64,000 nt of DNA from Candidatus Aminicenantes bacterium (GTDB lineage Bacteria > Acidobacteriota > Aminicenantia > Aminicenantales > JAFGBC01): positions 1,856,001 to 1,920,000 of the forward strand of contig OY969696.1 of NCBI GenBank assembly GCA_963702005.1, written 5' to 3'. Positions 56,415 to 64,000 of this stretch are shown in pieces. The number at the start of each line of letters is the position of its first letter. Position 1 is the stretch's first letter. The notes under the pieces are model-generated. The model saw only the letters and a program-made list of their open reading frames with translations. It was not told the origin of the DNA and searched no databases. The translations under genes and the position numbers were made by a program.

Positions 56415-57462
56415 ACGCCTCGGGGTTGATGATCATGTAGAGGCCGTTCTTGAGGTAAGCGGAGGAATAGGCCCGGCTCAAGATCTCTGTTCGCGTCAGA
56501 CTCGGATCGACCTGCCAGCCGAGGGCCAGGACGCCGGCCAGGACCGGAACCGTCCAGCTTAGGCCGCCGCGTCCCGTGTAAAAATAAGAGCAATCCCCCT
56601 TGTTATATTCTTCGGCCAGAGTCCGGCGGACGCTCGGGATGTGGATGGCCTCCGGGTCGGGGAAATAAGTTTGACCCGGGAAGCCCAGCCGGCACTTGGA
56701 GAGGTCGTCCGGAGCGTTCAGGTCGTAGTAGGCGGCGTTCGTGACGCAGTGGTCCTCCGTGCAGTCCAAGACCAGGATACCGGCCCGTTCGGCCTTAGCC
56801 CTGGCGTTTATCCAGGCCTGCGGATTCTTATAGAGCGTGCCGGCGCCCGAGGGTGCGGCGGAGACCGAGACGGCCCGGATCTTTGAGCCTGCCGGAAGCT
56901 TGGCGTTTTCGGCGACGATCCAGTTCAGGGCGTTTCCATAATAACGGGCGTCGGCCAGCCAGGAGGGGACGGCCGCGAAGTAGATCCGGGCGCCCGGGGC
57001 GGCCCCGATATGGGTCCCGATCAGAAGGCTGGTGACGGCGGGGCCGTGCATGCTTCCCTCATTGGAGGATGTTCCGGTGCCGAAATCCTTGTACTTGATG
57101 ATCTTGCCGGCGAACTCGGGATGGTCCAGGCACATGTTCTGGTCGATGATGGCCACCGTGACGCCGGAACCGGTGATGCCGCGGGAATGGATGCTCCGGA
57201 GCTTGAGGCCCGGATTCTTGCCTTTGCGGAGGACGTTCCCGGCGGCGGCCGCCGTGGTCGTATCCGGCCAGACGGTCTTTTCGTTGAACCACAGCGTCTT
57301 GATGATGGAGGCGTCTACGGTCCAGCCGAGTTTTTTCAGGTCTTTATCGCGGACGTCCTCATAGGGTTTGACGGCTCGCGCCTCAGCCTGAATGACAGCG
57401 GCGCCGACGGCCAAGACGAGAAGGAAGGGACGAATACGCTGAGGGAAATTGATTTTAAACAT
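56380..57462 (-). CDS. Secreted S8 (subtilase-like) serine peptidase
   Basis: GSGVTVAIIDQ (Asp), MHGPAVTSLL (His), GAAPGA and GGLSWTVPVLAG (Ser). Confidence 0.83.
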   Translation of the reverse strand: MFKINFPQRIRPFLLVLAVGAAVIQAEARAVKPYEDVRDKDLKKLGWTVDASIIKTLWFNEKTVWPDTTTAAAAGNVLRKGKNPGLKLRSIHSRGITGSGVTVAIIDQNMCLDHPEFAGKIIKYKDFGTGTSSNEGSMHGPAVTSLLIGTHIGAAPGARIYFAAVPSWLADARYYGNALNWIVAENAKLPAGSKIRAVSVSAAPSGAGTLYKNPQAWINARAKAERAGILVLDCTEDHCVTNAAYYDLNAPDDLSKCRLGFPGQTYFPDPEAIHIPSVRRTLAEEYNKGDCSYFYTGRGGLSWTVPVLAGVLALGWQVDPSLTRTEILSRAYSSAYLKNGLYMIINPEAFIAAAALRVSR

Positions 57463-57699
57463 TGTTGAAAAATATTATACTGTTTCCGGCCGATGGCCGC
57501 CATCAATAATAATGAATACCCCTTCCCGCCAAGGACGTCAGGAAGAAAATCTACCGGCCGGCGTCCAAATAGTGCCTGACGCGGACCTGAAAATGAATTC
57601 AGTTGAAACGGGTGCCGAAATGGATATATTAATTCTTTTTAGGCCCCGCCTCAGGCCCTGCGGAAGACGCGGAGTTCCGGGACCGAGTCAGGCGTTTTA

Positions 57700-59127
57700 G
57701 TGAAAACGAATCCGTTGCTCAAAATTGTCGGCTTGACCATTGTCCTGTCGATCGCGCCTTGCTGCGTCCGCTTTCACCCCAAACCCATCGTTCCGGCCAA
57801 AACCATGGAGGAGTTCGAGACCCGGAGGCTCGATGCGCCTGAGCTGGGGGATTTCCTTCTCCAAAACCGGGAGGCCAAGGATTGGCCTCCGGCCGTCTGG
57901 GACCTCAAATCGCTGACTCTCGCGGCGCTTTTTTATCACCCCGACATGGACATCGCCCGCGCCCAGTGGGGCGTCGCCCGGGCCGGCCGGATCAGCGCCG
58001 GAGAGCGGCCCAACCCGGCCCTGAATCCGCTGATGGGATATAACGCCACGACGCCGACGAGCGAGATCACTCCCTGGATTCCCGAGATTACCCTGGAGAT
58101 CCCGATCGAGACCGCGGGCAAGCGTGGAATCCGAATCGCCGAAGCCCGGCATCTCTCCGAGGCGGCTCGCTGGAACATCCTGTCCGCGGCCTGGGACGTT
58201 CGCAGCCGTCTGCGCGGCGCTCTTCTCGAGTTCTACGCGGCCGGCGAGATCGCATCCCTCCTTTCGGATCAGGAAAAGCTCCAGGCGGAAATCAGTCGGC
58301 TCCTCGAGATCCAGAAGGAGGCCGGGGAGGCTTCGGTTTATGATGTCACCCAAGCCCGGCTCGCGCTCGGCGGCAGCCGGCTGGCCGCTATCGAAGCCGC
58401 CCGGGCCAAGGAAGATGCACTGGCCCGCCTGGCCGCCGCTCTCGGGCTGCCGCGGCAGGCCCTGGACGGCGTCAATCTCTCCTTCGATTGCTTCCGCGAG
58501 CCCGTTTCCGACCTCCCGGCGGCCGAGATCCGCCGCCACGCCTTGCTCAATCGGTCGGACATCCTGGCCTCGCTCTCCGAATACGCGGCCAGCCAGTCCG
58601 CCCTGCAGCTCGAAATCGCCAAGCAGTATCCCGATTTCAGCCTCGGTCCCAACTTCCAGCTCGACCAGACCGACGCCAAATGGACGATCGGGTTGACCCT
58701 CGACCTCCCCATCTTCAGCCGCAACCGGGGCCCGATCGCCGAAGCCGAGGCCAGGCGCCAGGAAAGCGGCGTCCGCTTTCTGGCCCTCCAATCCCAGGTC
58801 ATCGGCGAGCTCGACGCCGCGGTTCAGGACTGCCGTTCGGCCCTTCTGAAATCCAAGGCGGCCGACGATCTCCTGGTCAACCTGACCAAACAGGAGGCGG
58901 CGGCCCGGGCCCGGCGAGAGCTCGGCGAGATTTCCAAGCTGGAGCTCCTGGGCGTCCAGCTCGAGCTCAACGCGGGCGCCCAAGCCCGGCTGGAGGCCCT
59001 GGTCCAGGTTCAAGAAGCGATCGGGCGGCTGGAGAACGCGGCCCAGAGCCCGCTCGACGTCAAGGATTGGATCTATACAAAAACAGCCGGGGATTCCGGG
59101 CCGGAGAAGGAGCGCAAGGATGACTAA
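57700..59127 (+). CDS. TolC-family outer membrane efflux protein
   Basis: Lipoprotein-like signal, PNPAL, PIETAGKR, QYPDFSLG and LPIFSRNRGPIAEA. First gene of the RND operon. Confidence 0.88.
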   Translation: MKTNPLLKIVGLTIVLSIAPCCVRFHPKPIVPAKTMEEFETRRLDAPELGDFLLQNREAKDWPPAVWDLKSLTLAALFYHPDMDIARAQWGVARAGRISAGERPNPALNPLMGYNATTPTSEITPWIPEITLEIPIETAGKRGIRIAEARHLSEAARWNILSAAWDVRSRLRGALLEFYAAGEIASLLSDQEKLQAEISRLLEIQKEAGEASVYDVTQARLALGGSRLAAIEAARAKEDALARLAAALGLPRQALDGVNLSFDCFREPVSDLPAAEIRRHALLNRSDILASLSEYAASQSALQLEIAKQYPDFSLGPNFQLDQTDAKWTIGLTLDLPIFSRNRGPIAEAEARRQESGVRFLALQSQVIGELDAAVQDCRSALLKSKAADDLLVNLTKQEAAARARRELGEISKLELLGVQLELNAGAQARLEALVQVQEAIGRLENAAQSPLDVKDWIYTKTAGDSGPEKERKDD

Positions 59128-60196
59128 ACGCCAGGTCATAACCGGATTGATCATTCTGGCGGTTGTCGCGGCGGCCGCCCTGGTTCTCATCCATAGGCTC
59201 GGGTCCCGAGCCGCCGGGGAGGAGGAAGAAATCGTCACGGATGTCGCCGTCCACGTCGGAAAGATCGTCCGGGCGACGCTCCACCGATATGTGGCGGCTT
59301 ACGGAACGGTCGAGCCGGAGCCTCCGGGAGAGGGAAAGCCCGCCGCCGGAGCTTATCTATCGGCTCCGCTGGGAGGCATCCTCGCCGAGATCCGCTGCAC
59401 GGAAGGCGGCTTGGTCGAGAGCGGCGCGGTCCTCTTCCGCCTCGATACGCGTTTGGCGGAGATCGCCGTCGCCAAAGCCCGAAAGGAGATGGAATTCGCC
59501 GAGCAAACGTACGAGCGCCAGAAGAAGCTCCTAGCGGCCGACGGCACGTCGCAGAAATCATTCCAGGAAGCCGAGCTGCAGCTCAACGCCGCCCGGAACG
59601 AGCTGACCGCGGCCCAGACGGAATTGTCCCTCCTCGAAATCAAGGCGCCTCTGGCCGGGACGGTGATCCGGATCAACGCCCGGCTCGGCCAGTCCGTCGA
59701 GCCAAACGCGGTCCTGGCCGAAGTCATCGCCCTCGACCGCCTCGTCGTGACGGCTCAAGTTCCCAGCCGGGAAGCCGGCCTGCTCAAGCCCGGCCAGCCG
59801 GTGGATTTCGGCTCGGGGAGTGCGATCGCCGGGAAGCTAACCGTCGTCGGCAAGGACATCGATCCCCGGACCGACACGGTCCTCGTCCGGGCAGCCATCC
59901 CGGCGGGGGCGGGATTCCAGCCGGGCGAGTTCCTGAACATCAGGATCGTCGCCGAGGAGCGCCGCGACGTCCTGGCCGTCCCCGAGGAGAGCGTCGTCCC
60001 CGGACCCGAAGGCGGGACCGTGCTCATGATGATCGAGGGCGATAGAGCCGTCCCGAAACCGGTCAAGGCCGGCCTGCATGACGCCGGACTGGCGGAAGTC
60101 GAAGGCGAGGGACTGAAGGAAGGCCTGGTCATCGTCACGACGGACGCCTACAACATCAGCGGGGAAACGAAAATCCACATCATCGAGGCCCGATAG
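59120..60196 (+). CDS. RND efflux periplasmic adaptor (MFP)
   Basis: N-terminal TM helix, lipoyl halves (SAPLGG, IKAPLAG), coiled hairpin, IDPRTDT and AVPEESV. Confidence 0.9.
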   Translation: MTKRQVITGLIILAVVAAAALVLIHRLGSRAAGEEEEIVTDVAVHVGKIVRATLHRYVAAYGTVEPEPPGEGKPAAGAYLSAPLGGILAEIRCTEGGLVESGAVLFRLDTRLAEIAVAKARKEMEFAEQTYERQKKLLAADGTSQKSFQEAELQLNAARNELTAAQTELSLLEIKAPLAGTVIRINARLGQSVEPNAVLAEVIALDRLVVTAQVPSREAGLLKPGQPVDFGSGSAIAGKLTVVGKDIDPRTDTVLVRAAIPAGAGFQPGEFLNIRIVAEERRDVLAVPEESVVPGPEGGTVLMMIEGDRAVPKPVKAGLHDAGLAEVEGEGLKEGLVIVTTDAYNISGETKIHIIEAR

Positions 60197-60201
60197 TTTT
60201 C

Positions 60202-63200
60202 ATGAGCAAGGATTCCGCCCTTGGCCGGTTCGCGACCCGCCACGCCCTCCCGATCGTTTTTATCAGCGCCGCCCTGTGCCTTACCGGCGTCTATGCGGCC
60301 CTGACCTTGCCGTCATCGGTTTTCCCCCAGACGAATTTCCCGCGTGTCGTCATCATCGTGGACAACGGCGTCATGCCGGCCGACGAGATGATGGCGACCA
60401 TCACCCGGCCCATCGAAGAGGGCATGAAGGACATCCCCGGGGTCGTCACGATCCGCTCGGCCACCGGGCGCGGCTCGGCGGAGGTCAACGTCTTCTTCAA
60501 CTGGAAAGTCGATATGATCCAGTCCGAGCTCTACGTCCTGGGCCGGCTGTCCCAGATCCGGGCCTCGCTGCCGTCCACGGCCGAGGCCGACGTCTACCGG
60601 GTGACCTTCTCGAACTTCCCCATCATCGGCGTCAGCTTGACGAGCCCCCGGCGCGACCTGACCAAACTCTGGGAGATCGCCCGCTACGAGCTCAAGCCGC
60701 GTTTCCTCCAGATACCCGGGATCGCCCGGGTGGACCTCATGGGGGGGCGCACGCCCGAATTCCACATCGTGGTCGACCCTCTGCGCCTCCAGGCGGCCGG
60801 CCTGACTCTGACCCAGGTCACGGAGGCTTTGAACAAGAACAACCTGGTGACCTCGACGGGGCTCCACGAGGAAAACCGGATGCTCTACCTGGCCGTCGTC
60901 GACGGTCGCGTTCACTCGATCAAGGACATCGAAAATTTCCCCATAACGGTCGTGGGCCGCCATCCGGTCCTCATCCGCGATTTCGCTCGAGTCGTCCGCG
61001 GCCCCGAGCCCGTGTTCAACGTCGTTACCGCCGACGGCCAGGAAGCCGTGCTGCTCAACATCTACAGCCAGCCGGACGGAAGCACGCTCGACATCGCCAA
61101 GCGCTTAACGGCGGACCTGAAAGTCTTCAGAGCCGAGCTGCCGTCCGACTTGAAACTCGTGTTTTTCTACGATCAGTCTCTCTTGGTCAGGGCCTCCGTC
61201 CAAAGTGTCTGGGAGGCCATCATCTTCGGCCTGGTCCTGTCGGTCCTCATCCTCTACTTCTTCCTGAAGAGCTGGAGGACCACGTTCGTGGCGATCCTGG
61301 TCATCCCGGTCACCGTCCTGGTCACTCTCATCTCCATCAAGGCCGCCGGGCTTTCCTTCAACCTGATGACGTTGGGTGGGATTGCGGCCGCAATCGGCCT
61401 CGTCATCGACGACGCGATCGTCGTCGTCGAAGCGATCCACACCAAACGCAAGTCCGGCCGGGACCGGCTGACGGCCATCCGCGAGGCCATTAGCGAGATT
61501 CTCCGCCCCTTGGTCGGCTCGACACTGACGCCGGTCGTTGTTTTCATACCCCTGGCCTTCCTGGCTGGCGTCACGGGCGTTTTCTTCCGAGCCCTGGCCT
61601 TGACCATGGTCGTCGCCCTCCTGACCTCTCTGGTGCTGGCTGTAGCCCTGACGCCCTCCCTGGCCGCCTGGCTGCTCCGCACCCGGAAGGACGAACCGGT
61701 CGGGCTCCATGAGGAGCACGGCGGTCCTCTCCTGCAACGCGTCATCGGGATCTACGAGAGGGGGGTGCGGATCGCGCTCAAACGCCCGTGGCTGACCATC
61801 GCCGTCTGCGCCGGCGTCCTGCTGGCGGCGATCGCCCTTTACCGGGGGCTCGAGAGCGAGTTCCTGCCGCCCATAGACGAGGGTGGATTCGTCATCGATT
61901 ATCTCACGCCGCCGGGGACGAGCCTGGCCGAAACCCACCGCCAGCTCCAGTACGCCGAGGATATCATCCGCTCCCTCCCCGAGCTCGAGAGCTATTCCCG
62001 CCGCACCGGATCCCAGCTGGGCCTGTTCATCACCGAGCCGAACAACGGTGATTTCGTTCTCAAGTTGCGGTCCGACCGGAAGCGGACGACGGCGGAAATC
62101 CTCTCCGAATTGAGGCATAAGCTCAACGCCGCCCTGCCCGACATCATCTGGGAATTTCCGGGCATTCTGGGCGACGTCATCGGCGACCTGATGTACGCGC
62201 CCCAGCCGATCGAGGTCAAGCTTTTCTCAACCGATACGGCTTATCTGAAAGAAAAAGCCCCCCAAGTCGCCGAACGGCTGGGCAAGATCTCGGGTGTCGT
62301 AGACGTTTTCAACGGCCTGATCTACACCGGGCCGACCATCAGTTTTCGCGTCCGCTATGTCGACGCGGAGCGTTTCGGCCTGACCGCCGAAGATATCGCC
62401 GCCGCGGTCAACACGGCCATGCTGGGGCAGACGGCCTCGACCGTCCTCGAAGGAGACCGGGTAGTGGCCATCCGCGTCAAGGCCGATCCGTCGGGTATCG
62501 ACAGGCTGGAGAAGCTCCGCCACCTGCCGCTCCGGGCCGCGGACGGGACCCTGATCCAATTGTCTCAGGTCGTGGACGCGGTCGAGGAGCCGGGTCAGCT
62601 CGAGCTGCGGCGCGACGGCTTCCGCCAGGACGTGGCCGTCACGGCTCGGCTTGAAGGTAGAGACTTGGGGAGCGCTATGGCCGAGATCCGCCGCGCTCTC
62701 GGCAAGGATGAAACCCTCCCGCCGGGGGTGATCGAGTATGGCGGCCTCTACCAGCAGCAGCAAGAATCCTTCCGTAACCTTATGATCGTCCTGCTGATGG
62801 CCATCTTCTTCGTCTTCACCGTGCTGCTCCTCGAATTCGGCTCGTTTTACGAGCCCCTGGCCATCGTGTTCGGCGCGGTGCTGGCCATGTTCGGAACCAT
62901 TCTCGCCCTGTGGATCACGGGGACGTCCCTGAACGTCGTTTCGCTGCTGGGGGCCATCATCGGGGTCGGCATCGTCGCCAAGAACGGGATTCTGATGCTG
63001 GATTTCGTCAAGGCGCTCCGAGCCCAGGGGTTGGACCTGGCCGAGGCGCTGGTCCGTTCGGGGCGGCGCAGGCTGCGGCCCGTCCTGATGACGTCGCTGG
63101 CCGCGGCCCTGGGGATGCTGCCCCTGGCCTACGGCATCGGCTCGGGCGCCGATATGCTGAAGCCCCTGGCCATCGCGGTCATCGGGGCCCTTTGCATCTC

Positions 63201-63270
63201 GGTCCTTCTGTCCTTGATCGCTACGCCGACGATCTATTACCTGATGATCTGCCGGCGCAAAGCCGACTGA
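60202..63270 (+). CDS. RND efflux permease (AcrB/CzcA family)
   Basis: FNLMTLGG, GLVIDDAIVVVE, STLT, GIVAKNGILM, RLRPVLMT and PLAIAVIG. Confidence 0.94.
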   Translation: MSKDSALGRFATRHALPIVFISAALCLTGVYAALTLPSSVFPQTNFPRVVIIVDNGVMPADEMMATITRPIEEGMKDIPGVVTIRSATGRGSAEVNVFFNWKVDMIQSELYVLGRLSQIRASLPSTAEADVYRVTFSNFPIIGVSLTSPRRDLTKLWEIARYELKPRFLQIPGIARVDLMGGRTPEFHIVVDPLRLQAAGLTLTQVTEALNKNNLVTSTGLHEENRMLYLAVVDGRVHSIKDIENFPITVVGRHPVLIRDFARVVRGPEPVFNVVTADGQEAVLLNIYSQPDGSTLDIAKRLTADLKVFRAELPSDLKLVFFYDQSLLVRASVQSVWEAIIFGLVLSVLILYFFLKSWRTTFVAILVIPVTVLVTLISIKAAGLSFNLMTLGGIAAAIGLVIDDAIVVVEAIHTKRKSGRDRLTAIREAISEILRPLVGSTLTPVVVFIPLAFLAGVTGVFFRALALTMVVALLTSLVLAVALTPSLAAWLLRTRKDEPVGLHEEHGGPLLQRVIGIYERGVRIALKRPWLTIAVCAGVLLAAIALYRGLESEFLPPIDEGGFVIDYLTPPGTSLAETHRQLQYAEDIIRSLPELESYSRRTGSQLGLFITEPNNGDFVLKLRSDRKRTTAEILSELRHKLNAALPDIIWEFPGILGDVIGDLMYAPQPIEVKLFSTDTAYLKEKAPQVAERLGKISGVVDVFNGLIYTGPTISFRVRYVDAERFGLTAEDIAAAVNTAMLGQTASTVLEGDRVVAIRVKADPSGIDRLEKLRHLPLRAADGTLIQLSQVVDAVEEPGQLELRRDGFRQDVAVTARLEGRDLGSAMAEIRRALGKDETLPPGVIEYGGLYQQQQESFRNLMIVLLMAIFFVFTVLLLEFGSFYEPLAIVFGAVLAMFGTILALWITGTSLNVVSLLGAIIGVGIVAKNGILMLDFVKALRAQGLDLAEALVRSGRRRLRPVLMTSLAAALGMLPLAYGIGSGADMLKPLAIAVIGALCISVLLSLIATPTIYYLMICRRKAD

Positions 63271-63333
63271 GCCTTCTGAAGTAATCCCCCGATTTCGGGC
63301 CGCGTTTCCCGGATTCCTGGAATGCCGCCTAGC

Positions 63334-64000
63334 TCACTTTCCGAATTCCAGGACTTGGAACGTGCCCGGGACAATCGTCGGCCGGGGCCGCGGCTGTTCT
63401 TTCGTGGGGGCCGGAGCCGGCCCGAATTCCGCCGTCGCGACGAAGACATGGTGCGTCTTGGGGTCGAGTTCCATCGTCCGGGCGCGGGGGGCCGTGGTCA
63501 CGGTCTCAAGAACGCTGTACTTATCGGCCGATTCCTGCTTGACGACAGTCAGCGTCCCATCGCCGTTGGAGGAAAAGACCAGGCCTGCCCCGGCATCGTA
63601 GCGGACGGCGTCCGGGCCGCCCCCGATCGGGACGGTCGTGACGACTTTCCCGTTTTCATAATCCGAAACGACCATAACCGCGTCGCAGACGCTGAACAAG
63701 CGCTTGTTCTTGAGGTCGATGGCCAGTCCGCTCGGGCCCTCGCCGGGCGCGATCGACCACCTCTTTTTGACCTCGAGCGACTTGGCGTCGAAAACGACGA
63801 TTTCGCTCTTGTCCTCGTTATTGACGAAGATGGTGCCCTTGCCGTCCGTGACGGCGAACTCGGGCTTGCCGCCGAGGTCGACGGTTCCCACCACCTTGTC
63901 CGTGGCCGCGTCGATGGCCGTCGCGTTCGCGGACCGGCCGTTGAAGGTGAAAACCCGGTCCGAGAAGGCGTCGTACATGATGGCGTCCGGATTCTGCCCC
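63334..64000 (-). CDS. YncE/YVTN beta-propeller protein (start lies beyond the right window edge)
   Basis: DAIMYD...VFTFNG, GKPEFAV, GPSGLAID, PIGGGPDA and ARTMELD. The frame is open to the window end. Confidence 0.85.
   Translation of the reverse strand, partial: GQNPDAIMYDAFSDRVFTFNGRSANATAIDAATDKVVGTVDLGGKPEFAVTDGKGTIFVNNEDKSEIVVFDAKSLEVKKRWSIAPGEGPSGLAIDLKNKRLFSVCDAVMVVSDYENGKVVTTVPIGGGPDAVRYDAGAGLVFSSNGDGTLTVVKQESADKYSVLETVTTAPRARTMELDPKTHHVFVATAEFGPAPAPTKEQPRPRPTIVPGTFQVLEFGK

Overview
Bacterial, GC-rich, gene-dense 64-kb window. The gene mix (GWxTD, sulfatase-TPR, SBBP, DUF5916 and beta-propeller proteins, many secreted peptidases) suggests an anaerobic Acidobacteriota/Aminicenantes-like organism; this is inference. 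From left to right: (1) a lysine/amino-acid catabolic locus with kamA, an M20 deacylase, a YfcC carrier, two DmpA/P1 peptidases (one Tat-exported, one lacking its catalytic residues), an APC permease, a non-pyrrolysine MttB methyltransferase, and LKR plus saccharopine dehydrogenase; (2) a divergent sulfatase-TPR / GWxTD pair, an M61 peptidase and an ABC-2 exporter; (3) a ~12-kb Fur-boxed Fe-S/metal cluster resembling the Desulfovibrio ORP (orange protein) locus, bracketed by a 37-bp duplication of the ABC permease 3' end and ending in decayed genes; (4) a ~1670-aa secreted glycoside-hydrolase-like/esterase fusion carrying a 108-bp in-frame palindromic insertion; (5) assorted secreted and redox proteins; (6) a four-gene envelope-modification cassette made of two membrane alkaline-phosphatase-superfamily transferases, a tiny exported YIDPGTGS peptide and a kinase-methyltransferase fusion; (7) an SBBP protein, an S8 peptidase, an RND efflux operon and a partial YncE propeller. 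I saw no tRNA, rRNA, CRISPR array, integrase or transposase. All family calls come from motif recognition by eye, with no database search.
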